From contig CAWDXG010000001.1 of assembly GCA_963806225.1 (NCBI GenBank), forward strand, positions 352,001 to 416,000: a stretch of 64,000 bases of DNA, read 5' to 3'. Below the pieces are notes generated by a model. The model had not been told where the DNA came from and made no database searches. It worked only from the letters and a program-made list of their open reading frames with translations. Every line of letters starts with the position of its first letter. Position 1 is the first letter of the stretch. The stretch comes from an uncultured delta proteobacterium. Lineage in GTDB: Bacteria > Myxococcota_A > Polyangia > Polyangiales > Polyangiaceae. The translations under genes were made by a program, and so were the position numbers. Of the stretch, positions 52,770 to 62,767 are shown piece after piece.

Positions 52770-54881
52770 CGCCGTCGACGGCTGCCGGTCGAGGCGCGGC
52801 CGCGGCGCTTCGGCCCAGGGCGCGTGCTGCCGCCGCGGACCGGAGCGCCGTTCCCCGCGGCGGCGGCCGGTCCGGCGCCGGCCTGCAGCCGATGCAGCTC
52901 GTCGCGGAGCCGCGCGGCGGTTTCGAACTGCAGGGCCTCCGCGGCGGCGAACATCTGCTGTCGGAGCGCTTCGATCTGATCGACGAGATCGGCCTCGCTA
53001 GGCGCGCCCTTCCCAGCGCCGGCCTTGCCTCCCTCCCGTCCCAGCGCCACGCGCGGCACGGCGTAGTAGTCGCTTGTTCCGCTGGCCGGGTTGATGTCGA
53101 GGATGGCGCGCTTGATCGTCTCCGGCGTGATCCCGTGCTCCTCGTTGAACGCGATCTGGATCGCGCGGCGGCGGTCCGTCTCGCCGATGGCGGTCTTCAT
53201 TGCGGGCGTGATGCGGTCGCCGTACATCAGCACCTGGCCGTGCGCATTGCGCGCGGCGCGCCCGATGGTCTGGATGAGCGAGCGGGGACTTCTGAGGAAG
53301 CCCTCCTTGTCGGCGTCGAGGATCGCCACCAGGCTCACCTCGGGCAGATCGAGCCCCTCGCGCAGCAGGTTGATGCCGATCAGCACGTCGTATTCACCGG
53401 CGCGCAGATCGCGCAGGAGCTCCATGCGCTCCAGCGTGTCGATGTCGGAGTGGAGGTAGCGCACCCGTACGCCGAGCTCGGCATAGTACTCGGTGAGATC
53501 CTCGGACATGCGTTTGGTGAGCGTGGTCACCAGGACGCGCTCGTTCACTTCGACGCGCTTCCTGATCTCGCCCAGCAGGTCATCGACCTGGCCTTCGACT
53601 CCCCGGACGATGATCTCCGGATCGATGAGCCCGGTCGGGCGGATCAGCTGCTCGACGACCTCGCCGGCGCTCTGCTCGAGCTCGTAGTCGCCGGGCGTCG
53701 CCGACACGAAGACGACGTGCCGCATGTAGTTCCGGAATTCCTCGAACTTCAGCGGGCGGTTGTCGAGCGCGCTCGGCAGCCGGAAGCCGAATTCGACGAG
53801 CGTTTCCTTCCGCGAGCAATCGCCGCGGTACATCGCACCGATCTGCGGCACCGTCTGGTGCGACTCGTCCAGGATGAGCAGGAAGTCCTCGGGGAAGTAG
53901 TCGATCAGCGTCGGCGGCGGCTCGCCGGCCTTCCGCTTCGACAGGTGCCGCGAGTAGTTCTCGATACCCTGGACGAAGCCCATCTGCTCGAGCATCTCGA
54001 GATCGTAGGAGGTCCGTTGCGAGAGCCGCTGCTTCTCGAGAAAGCGCCCCTGCTTGTCGAAGTAGTCCAGCCGGTCGCGGAGCTCTTCGCGGATGGCGTC
54101 GATCGCGTGCTGTAGCTGTTGGCGGGGAGTGACGTAGTGCGAGCCGGGAAACACGGAATAGCGATCGAGAGAGCCGAGCACGCGCCCGCGCACGGGGTCG
54201 ACCTCGCTGATGGCGTCCACCTCGTCGCCGAAGAACTCCACGCGGATTGCCAGACTCTCCTCGTAGGCCGGAAAGATCTCCACTACGTCGCCGCGCACCC
54301 GGAAAGTGCCGCGGTGGAAGTCGAACGTCGTTTCGCTCGTACTGGATGTCGACGAGCCTCCGCAGCAGGTTGTCGCGTCTGAGCTCCTCGCCCTTGACGA
54401 TCTCGATCAGAAGACCCTCGTACGTCTCCGCCGAACCGATGCCGTAGATACAACTCACGCTTGCCACGATGATCACGTCGGGCCGCGACAGGAGCGCGTG
54501 CGTTGCTGCGTGGCGCATCCGATCGATCTGGTCGTTGATGATCGCGTCCTTCTCGATGAAGGTGTCCGTGTTCGGGATGTACGCTTCGGGCTGGTAGTAG
54601 TCGTAGTAGCTGACGAAGTAGTGGACGGCACTTTCCGGGAAGATGTCCCGCATCTCGCCGTACAGCTGCGCCGCCAGGGTCTTGTTCGGCGCGATGATCA
54701 GCGTGGGGCGCTGGTAGTGCTGGATGACATTGGCGACGGTGAACGTCTTGCCGCTGCCGGTGATGCCGAGCAGGGTCTGGCAGCGCTGCCCCTCGTCGAG
54801 GCGAGCGCAGAGCGTCTCGATCGCGGTGGGCTGATCGCCTTTTGGCGTGAAATCGCTTCTGATTCTGAACGGAACCGGCAT
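52766..54881 (-). CDS. uvrB: Excinuclease ABC subunit B; apparent frameshift at about 54324
   Basis: [44 protein letters not shown]; removing one base restores [18 protein letters not shown]. Confidence 0.95.
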
Positions 54882-55046
54882 GACGGAATTTCACATCATT
54901 CGTCACGATGGGCCGCCTTACAAGCCCCGAAGCGCGGCGGGGGATTTGTCTGGCTTTCGCCGACGGGTGCTATTGAGGTGGCTGCCCCTCCAGGATAGGA
55001 AAATAAGTATGCCGGTCCACATGCCGGCCCGACGAGGAGCCAAGGC

Positions 55047-56855
55047 ATGCAGCGCTACAAGCCCATCGAAAGCTACGGCCTGATAGGGGATCTCCACACC
55101 GTGGCGCTGATCGGCCCCGACGGATCGATGGATTTCCTGTGTTTTCCCCGCTTCGACTCGCCCTCGATCTTCGGAGCGCTGCTCGACCACGACAACGGCG
55201 GGCGCTTCCAGATCGCGCCCGTTCTGAACGACGCGCAGCACAGGCAGCTCTATCTGCCCGACACCAACATGCTGCTCACGCGCTTCCTCTCGGAAGAGGG
55301 CGTCGCCGAGCTCAGCGATTTCATGCCGGTCGAGGAAGTCGGCTATGTCCACAACCTCGTGCGCAGAGCGAAGACAGTGCGCGGGGAAATCAAGTACCGG
55401 ATGATCTGTGACCCGCGCTTCGACTACGGGCGGTCGGAAAAGCGCGTGGAGCAGCGCGCCGGCGAGGTGATCTTCGAGAGCCTGGGCCCGGACCGCATGG
55501 CAATCCGCCTGCGCACGCCCGTCCCCATCCGCATCGAGAACGGTGCAGCCCACGCCGAGTTCACGCTGCGTGCGGGACAGAAGGCGCCGTTTGTCCTCGA
55601 GCTGGCGACGCCGGGCGAGCCGTCTCCCTCCACGGCCGAGGACTTCGTGCCGACGGCCTTCAAGGACACCGCGGACTTCTGGCGTCGCTGGATCGCTCGT
55701 TCACGCTACCAGGGCCGCTGGCGGGAGATGGTCAACCGCTCGGCGCTGGTGCTCAAGCTGATGACCTCGCAGGCCTACGGCTCGATCGTGGCGGCGCCGA
55801 CGTTCTCGCTGCCCGAGGAGATCGGCGGCGAGCGCAACTGGGACTACCGCTACACGTGGATCCGCGACGCCTCGTTCACGCTGTATGCTTTCCTGCGGCT
55901 CGGCTTCACCGAAGAAGCGCGCGCATTCATGGACTGGCTGGAGGCGCGCTGCGCGGAGCTCAGCGACGGCGGGGCGCTGCAGATCATGTACGGCATCGAC
56001 GGCCGGCACAAGCTCGAGGAGCTGACGCTGCCGCATTTCGAGGGCTACCGGAAGTCGTCGCCCGTGCGCATCGGCAACGGTGCGGCAGGTCAGCTCCAGC
56101 TGGACATCTACGGCGAGCTGCTCGACTCGATCTACCTGTACGACAAGTTCGGCGAGCCGATCCACTACGACCTGTGGAGCGACGTGACGCGGCTCGTCGA
56201 CTGGGTGTGCGAGAACTGGCAGATGGCGGACGAGGGGATCTGGGAGGTTCGCGGCGGCCGGCAGGAATTCCTGTATTCGCGGCTGATGTGCTGGGTGGCG
56301 GTCGACCGGGCGGTGCGGCTCGCGGACAAGCGCTCTCTGCCCGCCCCGGCGGAGCGCTGGCGCCGCACACGCGACAGAATCCATCGCGAGATCCACGAGC
56401 GCTTCTACGACAAGAAGCGCGGCACGTTCGTGCAGCACGCGGGCTCGACGACCGTCGACGCGGCGAGCCTGTTGATGCCGCTGGTCCGTTTCATCAGCCC
56501 CACCGATCGGCGCTGGATGAACACCATGAAGGCTATCAAGCAGGATCTGGTGGAGGACTCGCTGGTGTTCCGCTACCGCACGGGGAAGAGCGCGGACGAC
56601 GGCCTCAGCGGCGACGAGGGCACGTTCAGCATGTGCTCGTTCTGGTACGTCGAGAACCTGTCGCGCTGCGGACAACTGGACAAGGCGCGCTTCTACTTCG
56701 AGAAGATGCTCGGCTACGCCAACCACCTCGGCCTGTACGCCGAGGAGCTCGGCCCGCGCGGTGAGCACCTCGGCAACTACCCCCAGGCTTTCACGCATCT
56801 GGCGCTGATCAGCGCGGCGTACGACCTCGACCGCCGCCTCTCGAACCGCCGCTAG
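55047..56855 (+). CDS. Glycoside hydrolase family 15 (glucoamylase/trehalase-like)
   Basis: RNWDYRYTWIRD, QLDIYGE, GIWE, GNYPQAFTH. Confidence 0.92.
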   Translation: MQRYKPIESYGLIGDLHTVALIGPDGSMDFLCFPRFDSPSIFGALLDHDNGGRFQIAPVLNDAQHRQLYLPDTNMLLTRFLSEEGVAELSDFMPVEEVGYVHNLVRRAKTVRGEIKYRMICDPRFDYGRSEKRVEQRAGEVIFESLGPDRMAIRLRTPVPIRIENGAAHAEFTLRAGQKAPFVLELATPGEPSPSTAEDFVPTAFKDTADFWRRWIARSRYQGRWREMVNRSALVLKLMTSQAYGSIVAAPTFSLPEEIGGERNWDYRYTWIRDASFTLYAFLRLGFTEEARAFMDWLEARCAELSDGGALQIMYGIDGRHKLEELTLPHFEGYRKSSPVRIGNGAAGQLQLDIYGELLDSIYLYDKFGEPIHYDLWSDVTRLVDWVCENWQMADEGIWEVRGGRQEFLYSRLMCWVAVDRAVRLADKRSLPAPAERWRRTRDRIHREIHERFYDKKRGTFVQHAGSTTVDAASLLMPLVRFISPTDRRWMNTMKAIKQDLVEDSLVFRYRTGKSADDGLSGDEGTFSMCSFWYVENLSRCGQLDKARFYFEKMLGYANHLGLYAEELGPRGEHLGNYPQAFTHLALISAAYDLDRRLSNRR

Positions 56856-56897
56856 AGCGCGGACCTATGACGGCGCTCGGCGGCGCTGGGAGTTTGA

Positions 56898-56976
56898 ACA
56901 GGAAGGCGGGAAGGCGGGAAGGAGCTCTTCGCGGAGCCGGAAACGGAGAAAACTTCCCGCCTTCCGGCCTTCCTGT
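56898..56976. repeat. 24-bp inverted repeat pair (REPIN/MITE-like)
   Basis: ACAGGAAGGCGGGAAGGCGGGAAG (56898-56921) and CTTCCCGCCTTCCGGCCTTCCTGT (56953-56976); 1 mismatch, 31-bp spacer. Confidence 0.8.
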
Positions 56977-57020
56977 CGACCCCCGCACAGCTCCGCATGG
57001 CGCCGTGCCTGCTCGGGAAT

Positions 57021-57059
57021 GAGAAACGGGCGACGCACCATGTGGCGCGCCGCCCGTTT
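57021..57059 (-). terminator. Rho-independent terminator-like hairpin downstream of hppA
   Basis: Minus strand AAACGGGCGGCGCGCC-ACAT-GGTGCGTCGCCCGTTT followed by CTC; short U tract. Confidence 0.6.
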
Positions 57060-57079
57060 GTGTCCGCCGAGGCGGGGTT

Positions 57080-59560
57080 CTACTCCGCAGGCGTTTCTGC
57101 CGGCGTCATCTGGTTGTCGGCGCCCTCCGTCTGGATGCGCATGGCGTAGAAGGAGCGCCACACGAAAACCAGCATGATCAGGAAGAACACCACAGCCAGC
57201 ACGTTGGTCGTGCCGTGCGAGAGGCCCACGGCCATCTCGACCGCCAATAGACCGAACAGTGTGGTGAACTTGATGATCGGGTTCATGGCCACGCTGGACG
57301 TGTCCTTGAATGGGTCGCCCACCGTGTCGCCTACGACCGTCGCGTCGTGCAGCTCGGTGCCCTTCTCTTTCAAGTCCACCTCGACCACCTTCTTGGCGTT
57401 GTCCCAGGCGCCGCCCGCGTTCGCGAGGAACAGAGCCTGGTAAAGACCGAAGAGCGCGATGCTGATGAGGTAGCCGATGAAGAAGAAGGGCTCCGCGCAG
57501 GCGAACGCCAGCGTGCCGAAGAAGATCACGAGGAAGATGTTGATCATGCCCTTTTGCGCGTAGGTCGTGCAGATTTCCACGACCTTCTTGCTGTCGGTGA
57601 TCGACGCCTTCTCGACGCCCTCGAGCTTGATGTTGGCCTTGATGAACTCCACCGCGCGGTAGGCGCCGGTGGTCACCGCCTGGGTCGACGCGCCAGTGAA
57701 CCAGAAGATGACCGCGCCGCCTGCAATGAGGCCGAGCAGGAACGGCGGGTGGAGCATCGACAGCTTGTCGAGGTTCTCCTTCAGCCCGTCGGTCAGCATC
57801 ACGATGATCGAGAAGATCATGGTCGTGGCGCCGACCACAGCGGTTCCGATGAGCACCGGCTTGGCGGTGGCCTTGAAGGTGTTGCCGGCGCCGTCGTTCT
57901 CCTCGAGCAGGTGCTTGGCGCGCTCGAAGTCGACGTTGAGGCCGAAGTCCTTCTTCAGCTCCTTCTCGATGCCGTCGATGCCCTCGATGACGCTGAGCTC
58001 GTACACCGACTGCGCGTTGTCCGTGACCGGGCCGTAGGAGTCGACGGCGATGGTAACGGCGCCCATGCCCAGGAAGCCGAACGCCACCAGGCCGAAGGCG
58101 AACACTGGCTCGGCCTGCATGATCTCGTGCAGGCCCATGGTGCTTACGTAGTAGCCGGCAGCCATGAGGCCGAGCATCACCATGCCCAGCCAGAAGGCGG
58201 CGAAGTTGCCTGCGGTCAGACCGGACAGGACGTTGAGCGACGCGCCGCCTTCGCGGGACGCCGTGACAACCTCGTCCACGTGAGCGGAGTTCGTCGAGGT
58301 GAAGACCTTGACCAGCTCGGGGATCACCGCGCCGGCCAGCGTGCCGCAGCTGATGATGATCGACAGCTTCCACCACAGCGTGCCGTCACCCAGCTTCGGG
58401 ATGAGCACGTAGGAAACCACGAAGGTCAGGGCGATGGACACGATCGAGGTCAGCCAGACCAACCAGGTCAGCGGCTTCTCGAAGTCCATCTTGTCGGCCT
58501 TGCCGTACATCGACTTCTGCACGAGCTCGTTGAGCACGTAGGAAAGCCCGCTGGCGACCAGCATCATGATGCGCATCGCGAAGATCCACACCAGAAGCTG
58601 CACCTGGATGAGCTCCGACGGAACGGCCAGGACGATGAACGTGATGAGCGCGACACCCGTCACGCCGTAGGTCTCGAACCCGTCTGCGCTGGGCCCGACC
58701 GAGTCGCCGGCGTTGTCGCCGGTGCAGTCCGCGATCACGCCGGGGTTACGCGCGTCGTCTTCCTTGATCTTGAAGACGATCTTCATCAGGTCCGAACCGA
58801 TGTCGGCGATCTTCGTGAAGATGCCGCCGGCGATACGCAGCGCCGAGGCGCCCAGCGACTCGCCGATCGCGAAGCCGATGAAGCAGGCGCCCGAGTAGTC
58901 CTTGGGCACGAACAGCAGGATGGTCAGCATCAGGATCAGCTCGACGCTGATCAGCAGCATGCCGATGCTCATGCCGGCCTGGAGCGGGATCTCGTAGACC
59001 GCGAACGGCTTGCCCTCGAGGCTCGCGAACGCCGTGCGGCTGTTCGCGTAGGTGTTCATGCGGATGCCGTACCAGGCGACACCGTAGCTACCGAGGATGC
59101 CGATGATGCTGAAGCCCAGGATGATCAGCACCTTCATCGTCGAGAAGTGCTCCAGCGCGCCGAAGTAGATGACGATGATGGCGCCGATGAAGACCTCGAG
59201 CAGGACGAGGAACTTGCCCTGCTGGATCAGGTACGTCTTGCACGTCTCCCAGATGATTGTGGAAACGTCCCGCATGCTCTTGTGCACCGGAAGGTTCTTC
59301 ACCTTCAGCAGCATGACGATGGCGAAGACCAGGCCGAGCACGACCACGCCCATGCCGGCGAAGAGCAGCGTGTGCCCGTCCATCCCGAGCATCTGCACCT
59401 TGTGCATGTCGGGCAGCATGAGGTTGGCTTCGCCGGTGGCTTCGTGCGCGGGCTGGGCCCAGGCCAGTGCGCTCGTCAGCAGCGTGGCGACGAAAGCCAC
59501 CAGACCTATCAGGCCGGAGGCGGGGCGACGCGTTGCGTCGCGGGTTGATGACACTGTCAT
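57080..59560 (-). CDS. hppA: Membrane-bound ion-translocating pyrophosphatase (long, divergent type)
   Basis: GGIFTKIADIGSDL, EDDARNPGVIAD, DSYGPVTDNA, GNTFKA, GGAWDNAKK, GDTVGDPFKDTS. Confidence 0.95.
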   Translation of the reverse strand: MTVSSTRDATRRPASGLIGLVAFVATLLTSALAWAQPAHEATGEANLMLPDMHKVQMLGMDGHTLLFAGMGVVVLGLVFAIVMLLKVKNLPVHKSMRDVSTIIWETCKTYLIQQGKFLVLLEVFIGAIIVIYFGALEHFSTMKVLIILGFSIIGILGSYGVAWYGIRMNTYANSRTAFASLEGKPFAVYEIPLQAGMSIGMLLISVELILMLTILLFVPKDYSGACFIGFAIGESLGASALRIAGGIFTKIADIGSDLMKIVFKIKEDDARNPGVIADCTGDNAGDSVGPSADGFETYGVTGVALITFIVLAVPSELIQVQLLVWIFAMRIMMLVASGLSYVLNELVQKSMYGKADKMDFEKPLTWLVWLTSIVSIALTFVVSYVLIPKLGDGTLWWKLSIIISCGTLAGAVIPELVKVFTSTNSAHVDEVVTASREGGASLNVLSGLTAGNFAAFWLGMVMLGLMAAGYYVSTMGLHEIMQAEPVFAFGLVAFGFLGMGAVTIAVDSYGPVTDNAQSVYELSVIEGIDGIEKELKKDFGLNVDFERAKHLLEENDGAGNTFKATAKPVLIGTAVVGATTMIFSIIVMLTDGLKENLDKLSMLHPPFLLGLIAGGAVIFWFTGASTQAVTTGAYRAVEFIKANIKLEGVEKASITDSKKVVEICTTYAQKGMINIFLVIFFGTLAFACAEPFFFIGYLISIALFGLYQALFLANAGGAWDNAKKVVEVDLKEKGTELHDATVVGDTVGDPFKDTSSVAMNPIIKFTTLFGLLAVEMAVGLSHGTTNVLAVVFFLIMLVFVWRSFYAMRIQTEGADNQMTPAETPAE

Positions 59561-59802
59561 TGGAGACCTCGACTCGTTGTCGGCGCGGCTCGCGCTGTGC
59601 GACGAAGCCGCGCTGCTTCGAGGGGTTGGCCGCCACCCCGAGTGGCGCTTCAGCTCTCCTCGTCTTCCTCCCGCGCGGGGGGGAAGCGACCGGCGGAATA
59701 GCAGAAACCGGCCTCATTTCCAACGCCAGCTCCGCGACCGCCGGAGACCCGCGGGATCGCAGGGAAAACCCAGCAAGTCCGCGCCCCTGCGCGGACAGCG
59801 GA

Positions 59803-60864
59803 CTAGGGGAAAGCCGCCACCTGGGGCAGCCCCAGGGCGTCCGGCCAGCCGAGCGCAACATTCAGCGCCTGGATGGCCTGCGCGGACGCACCGCGCGCGA
59901 GATTGTCGATGGCGCCCATCGCCAGCAGGGTGCCGGTGCGCTCGTCCAGCGCGTAGGCGATGTGGGCGCGCGCCGTGCCGCGTACCCAGAGCGTGTCGGG
60001 CAGGCGCCCCTCGTCGAGCACCGTGACCAGCCCGCCGGCGTACTGCGCGCGCGCCGCCTCGCGGCACTGGGCCGCCGTGACGCCCGGCTTCGGTGTGGCG
60101 TACGCGGTGCTCAGGATGCCGCGGGTCATCGGCACCAGGTGCGGCGTGAACACGACGCGGACCTCCTTGCGCGCCACCAGACCGAGCTCCTGCTCGATCT
60201 CGGGCGCGTGGCGGTGGTGGCCCGCGATCTTGTACGGGCGCAGGCCCTCGGCTGTCTCCGGATAGTGCGTACCCGGCGAAGGAGTGCGTCCGGCGCCGCT
60301 CACGCCGCTCTTGGCGTCGATGATGAGGCCGCGCGACTCGACCAGCCCGCGCGATAGCAGTGGCGCCAGTGGCAGGATGCTCGCCGTTGGATAGCAGCCC
60401 GGCGCCGCGATCAGGCGCGCGCCCTTCAACTCTGCTCGGTGCAGCTCGGGCAGTCCGTACACGGCCTGTTCGAGCAGCTCCGGCGCCGGATGCTCGCCGT
60501 ACCACTCGCCGTAGGTGGCCGCACTGTGAAGGCGGAAATCCGCCGACAGATCGACGACGCCCACGCCTGCGTCGAAGAGCGCCTTGCCCACCCGCGCGCT
60601 CGCCGCATGCGGCAATGCCGTGAACGCCACGTCGATGCGCTTCGCGATGTCCGCCGCGTCGGCGGGGTCGAAGGCTTCCAGCACGCGCTCGCCCAGCCCG
60701 GCGATGCCTTGCGTCCCGGGCAGAACGTCCGCGAGTCGCTTCCCCGCCTTCTCGCGAGCCGCGACCCACTCGATGGAGAGGCGCGGATGCGCGTGGCAGA
60801 GGCGCACCAGCTCGGCCCCGGTGTAGCCGCCGGCGCCTACGATTCCGACACGGAGTGCGTCCAT
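59803..60864 (-). CDS. argC: N-acetyl-gamma-glutamyl-phosphate reductase
   Basis: GAGGYTG, LPH, DLSADFRL, PGCYPT, SGVSGAG, IDNL. Confidence 0.95.
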   Translation of the reverse strand: MDALRVGIVGAGGYTGAELVRLCHAHPRLSIEWVAAREKAGKRLADVLPGTQGIAGLGERVLEAFDPADAADIAKRIDVAFTALPHAASARVGKALFDAGVGVVDLSADFRLHSAATYGEWYGEHPAPELLEQAVYGLPELHRAELKGARLIAAPGCYPTASILPLAPLLSRGLVESRGLIIDAKSGVSGAGRTPSPGTHYPETAEGLRPYKIAGHHRHAPEIEQELGLVARKEVRVVFTPHLVPMTRGILSTAYATPKPGVTAAQCREAARAQYAGGLVTVLDEGRLPDTLWVRGTARAHIAYALDERTGTLLAMGAIDNLARGASAQAIQALNVALGWPDALGLPQVAAFP

Positions 60865-60996
60865 GGAGCGGGGAGTAGCACGGTGCGCGCGAGCGGGCAG
60901 CTGGCTGATGCGAAGGCGGCCGTGCCGCGGCTCTGCGTCGCGCCGCGGCGCGGAGGGCCGTGTTATCCTGTGCAGATGGCACTTCGCCTTGGGGGC

Positions 60997-61743
60997 ATGC
61001 GGGTTCTCGTCGCGGCGCTCGTTCTGTTGACGGGCGCGTGCAGCAGCGGCAACTCGCGGGGGAGTGGCACGGGCGGCGCTGGTGGCTCCGGCACGGGCGG
61101 CTCCGGCACGGGCGGCTCCGGCACGGGCGGCTCCGGCACGGGCTGCTCCGGCACGGGCGGCGCGGACCCGCTCGAGACGGGCCTGGTCGCGCAGCAGACG
61201 AGCGTCAGCGTCGACAAGTTCGACTGCGAGATCCTGAAGTGGACCGCGCACTATGGCGAGCCCGACCCGATGATCTTCAAGGCCATCATCTACGTCGAGT
61301 CGCGCTTCGAACAGACGGCGGTGGCTTGCCCGAATCTCCCCTGCGGAACCCCGAGCGGTTGGACGCCGGCCGAGTCCGGCTGCTTCGGCCTGATGCAGGT
61401 CGTGCCCGCATGCGGTCCCACGCCCGACAACGCCGGCCTGCTCTCGAACGGCCACCCGAACCTGACCAAGGACACCACCGCCAGCGGCTGGGCAGGCTCG
61501 ATTTTCAACCCCGACAACAACATCCACGTCGGGATCGCCGGCCTCGCCGGCAATCGCGCCCAGGAGAAGAAGAAGTTCTCCGGTTGCACCGAGGACCAGT
61601 ACACCCTGATGGCGATGGGCGACTACAACAGCTACGGCAGCACGAAGAGCTGCACCCAGTACAACAGCACGTACGACAACCTCGTGCTCGACGCCTACAA
61701 CAAGTACTCGACGGCCGCGGGGTACGCGGCGCACAAGTACTGA
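60997..61743 (+). CDS. Lytic transglycosylase (SLT-like) lipoprotein
   Basis: Lipobox TGAC and GGSGT linker repeats; VES, GLMQ, NPDNNI and DYN motifs. Confidence 0.8.
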   Translation: MRVLVAALVLLTGACSSGNSRGSGTGGAGGSGTGGSGTGGSGTGGSGTGCSGTGGADPLETGLVAQQTSVSVDKFDCEILKWTAHYGEPDPMIFKAIIYVESRFEQTAVACPNLPCGTPSGWTPAESGCFGLMQVVPACGPTPDNAGLLSNGHPNLTKDTTASGWAGSIFNPDNNIHVGIAGLAGNRAQEKKKFSGCTEDQYTLMAMGDYNSYGSTKSCTQYNSTYDNLVLDAYNKYSTAAGYAAHKY

Positions 61744-61770
61744 GCGGGGCGGTTTTGCGCGCGGCGTCGC

Positions 61771-61830
61771 AGCTCGGCGCGCTGGGCGGAAATGGAGCGG
61801 CGGGATCGCCGCTCGGGGCGGCGCGAGTTG
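61771..61830 (+). repeat. Single degenerate B-type repeat abutting the Y1 transposase stop codon
   Basis: CGGCGCGCTGGGCGGAAATGG...ATCGCCGCTCGG shared with the array B units; internal perfect hairpin GAGCGGCG-GGAT-CGCCGCTC at 61795-61814. Confidence 0.85.
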
Positions 61831-62619
61831 TCACGTCGCCCGGAGATCGAGCAGCCCATGCCGCCGCCATCCACGCCTGAGCACGTAGCTCCGCGCCTCG
61901 GCGACCTCGCATCTCGCGTGCGGGCCAGCGCGCGGATCGCGCGGACCGAGCGGCGCCGCGCGCGGATCGGCAAACGCGACGTACGCCATCGGCACACCGT
62001 GCGCCCCCCGCCAACCGTCGAACCACACGGCGGACGAATACGGATCGACCCAGCCCGTCAGGAAACGACGCCCCTGCCGCACCGCGTGCCGCTGCGCATT
62101 GCCGAGCACGTACGAGAGGACGCGCTTCACCTCGAGCGGCGTCTTCAAGACACGCGAGTGGAAGCGGTCCGCGAGCACCTTTCCGCGCCGCCCCATCACG
62201 CGGTTCAAGCGCCGTGCAATGCGCACGGACAGCCCCTGCACGCCGCGCGAGAGCGCTTTCCGGTTTGGCGCTTCGGCCACGATGTGCAGGTGGTTGCCCT
62301 GCACGGAGTAGTGGACGAGCCGGAACCCGAACCGCGCCTTGCCACCCACGAAGGCGTGATACAGGGCGCGAAACATGCGGCCCGAACGCAGGTTCCACAC
62401 TTCCGGCCGTAGCCGCAACGTGACGTGAACCGGGCGGCGCGGATTCGGAGTTTCGCGCCGTAGATGCGAAACTCCGGCGCGCTTGTTTGCCGGCCTACGG
62501 CCGGCGCCCCGCCGAGCGCCGCCCCAGGTGCGGAACTGGAACGCTGTCTGACGCGGCTCGAGCGACTTCGCCGCGTGGCGGCGCTGGCGGCGTGTGGCGG
62601 GAGCGCTGGGAGGAGTCAT
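61831..62619 (-). mobile_element. Y1 HUH transposase, REP-associated tyrosine transposase (RAYT/TnpA-REP)-like
   Basis: PVHVTLR, HUH motif NHLH, DRFHSR, catalytic Tyr candidate in SYVLGN, and DPYSS; N-terminal WGGARRGAGR; no tnpB nearby. Confidence 0.85.
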
Positions 62620-62767
62620 GGTCGGCTCGGGGCGGCAAAGGGCGGATTTGCGCCGGGGTCCGGCAAAGGGCGGAGGGCGGAGCTTGAATTAGCACTGTTT
62701 AGACAAAGGGCAAGCCAACGCGATGGACTTTCTGCTGCCGCGCGTTTGCCCGCCGCCGCGCCGGTCG

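Noticed and set aside
52766..54881. uvrB as a true pseudogene or programmed frameshift
   Set aside because: One extra base in a context shared with another frameshift, no slippery run, and both halves otherwise intact; sequencing error is more likely
61070..61160. 15-bp tandem repeat as a regulatory or mobile repeat
   Set aside because: Encodes an in-frame GGSGT lipoprotein linker
59803..61734. 643-aa extended ArgC, and other long N-terminal extensions or antisense ORFs in the track
   Set aside because: The extension is the antisense of the SLT gene; such shadow ORFs are expected at this GC content
62700..62720. Sigma-54 promoter for the HUH gene (minus strand TGGC-N-TTGT)
   Set aside because: The -12 element reads GT instead of the conserved GC; too weak to call
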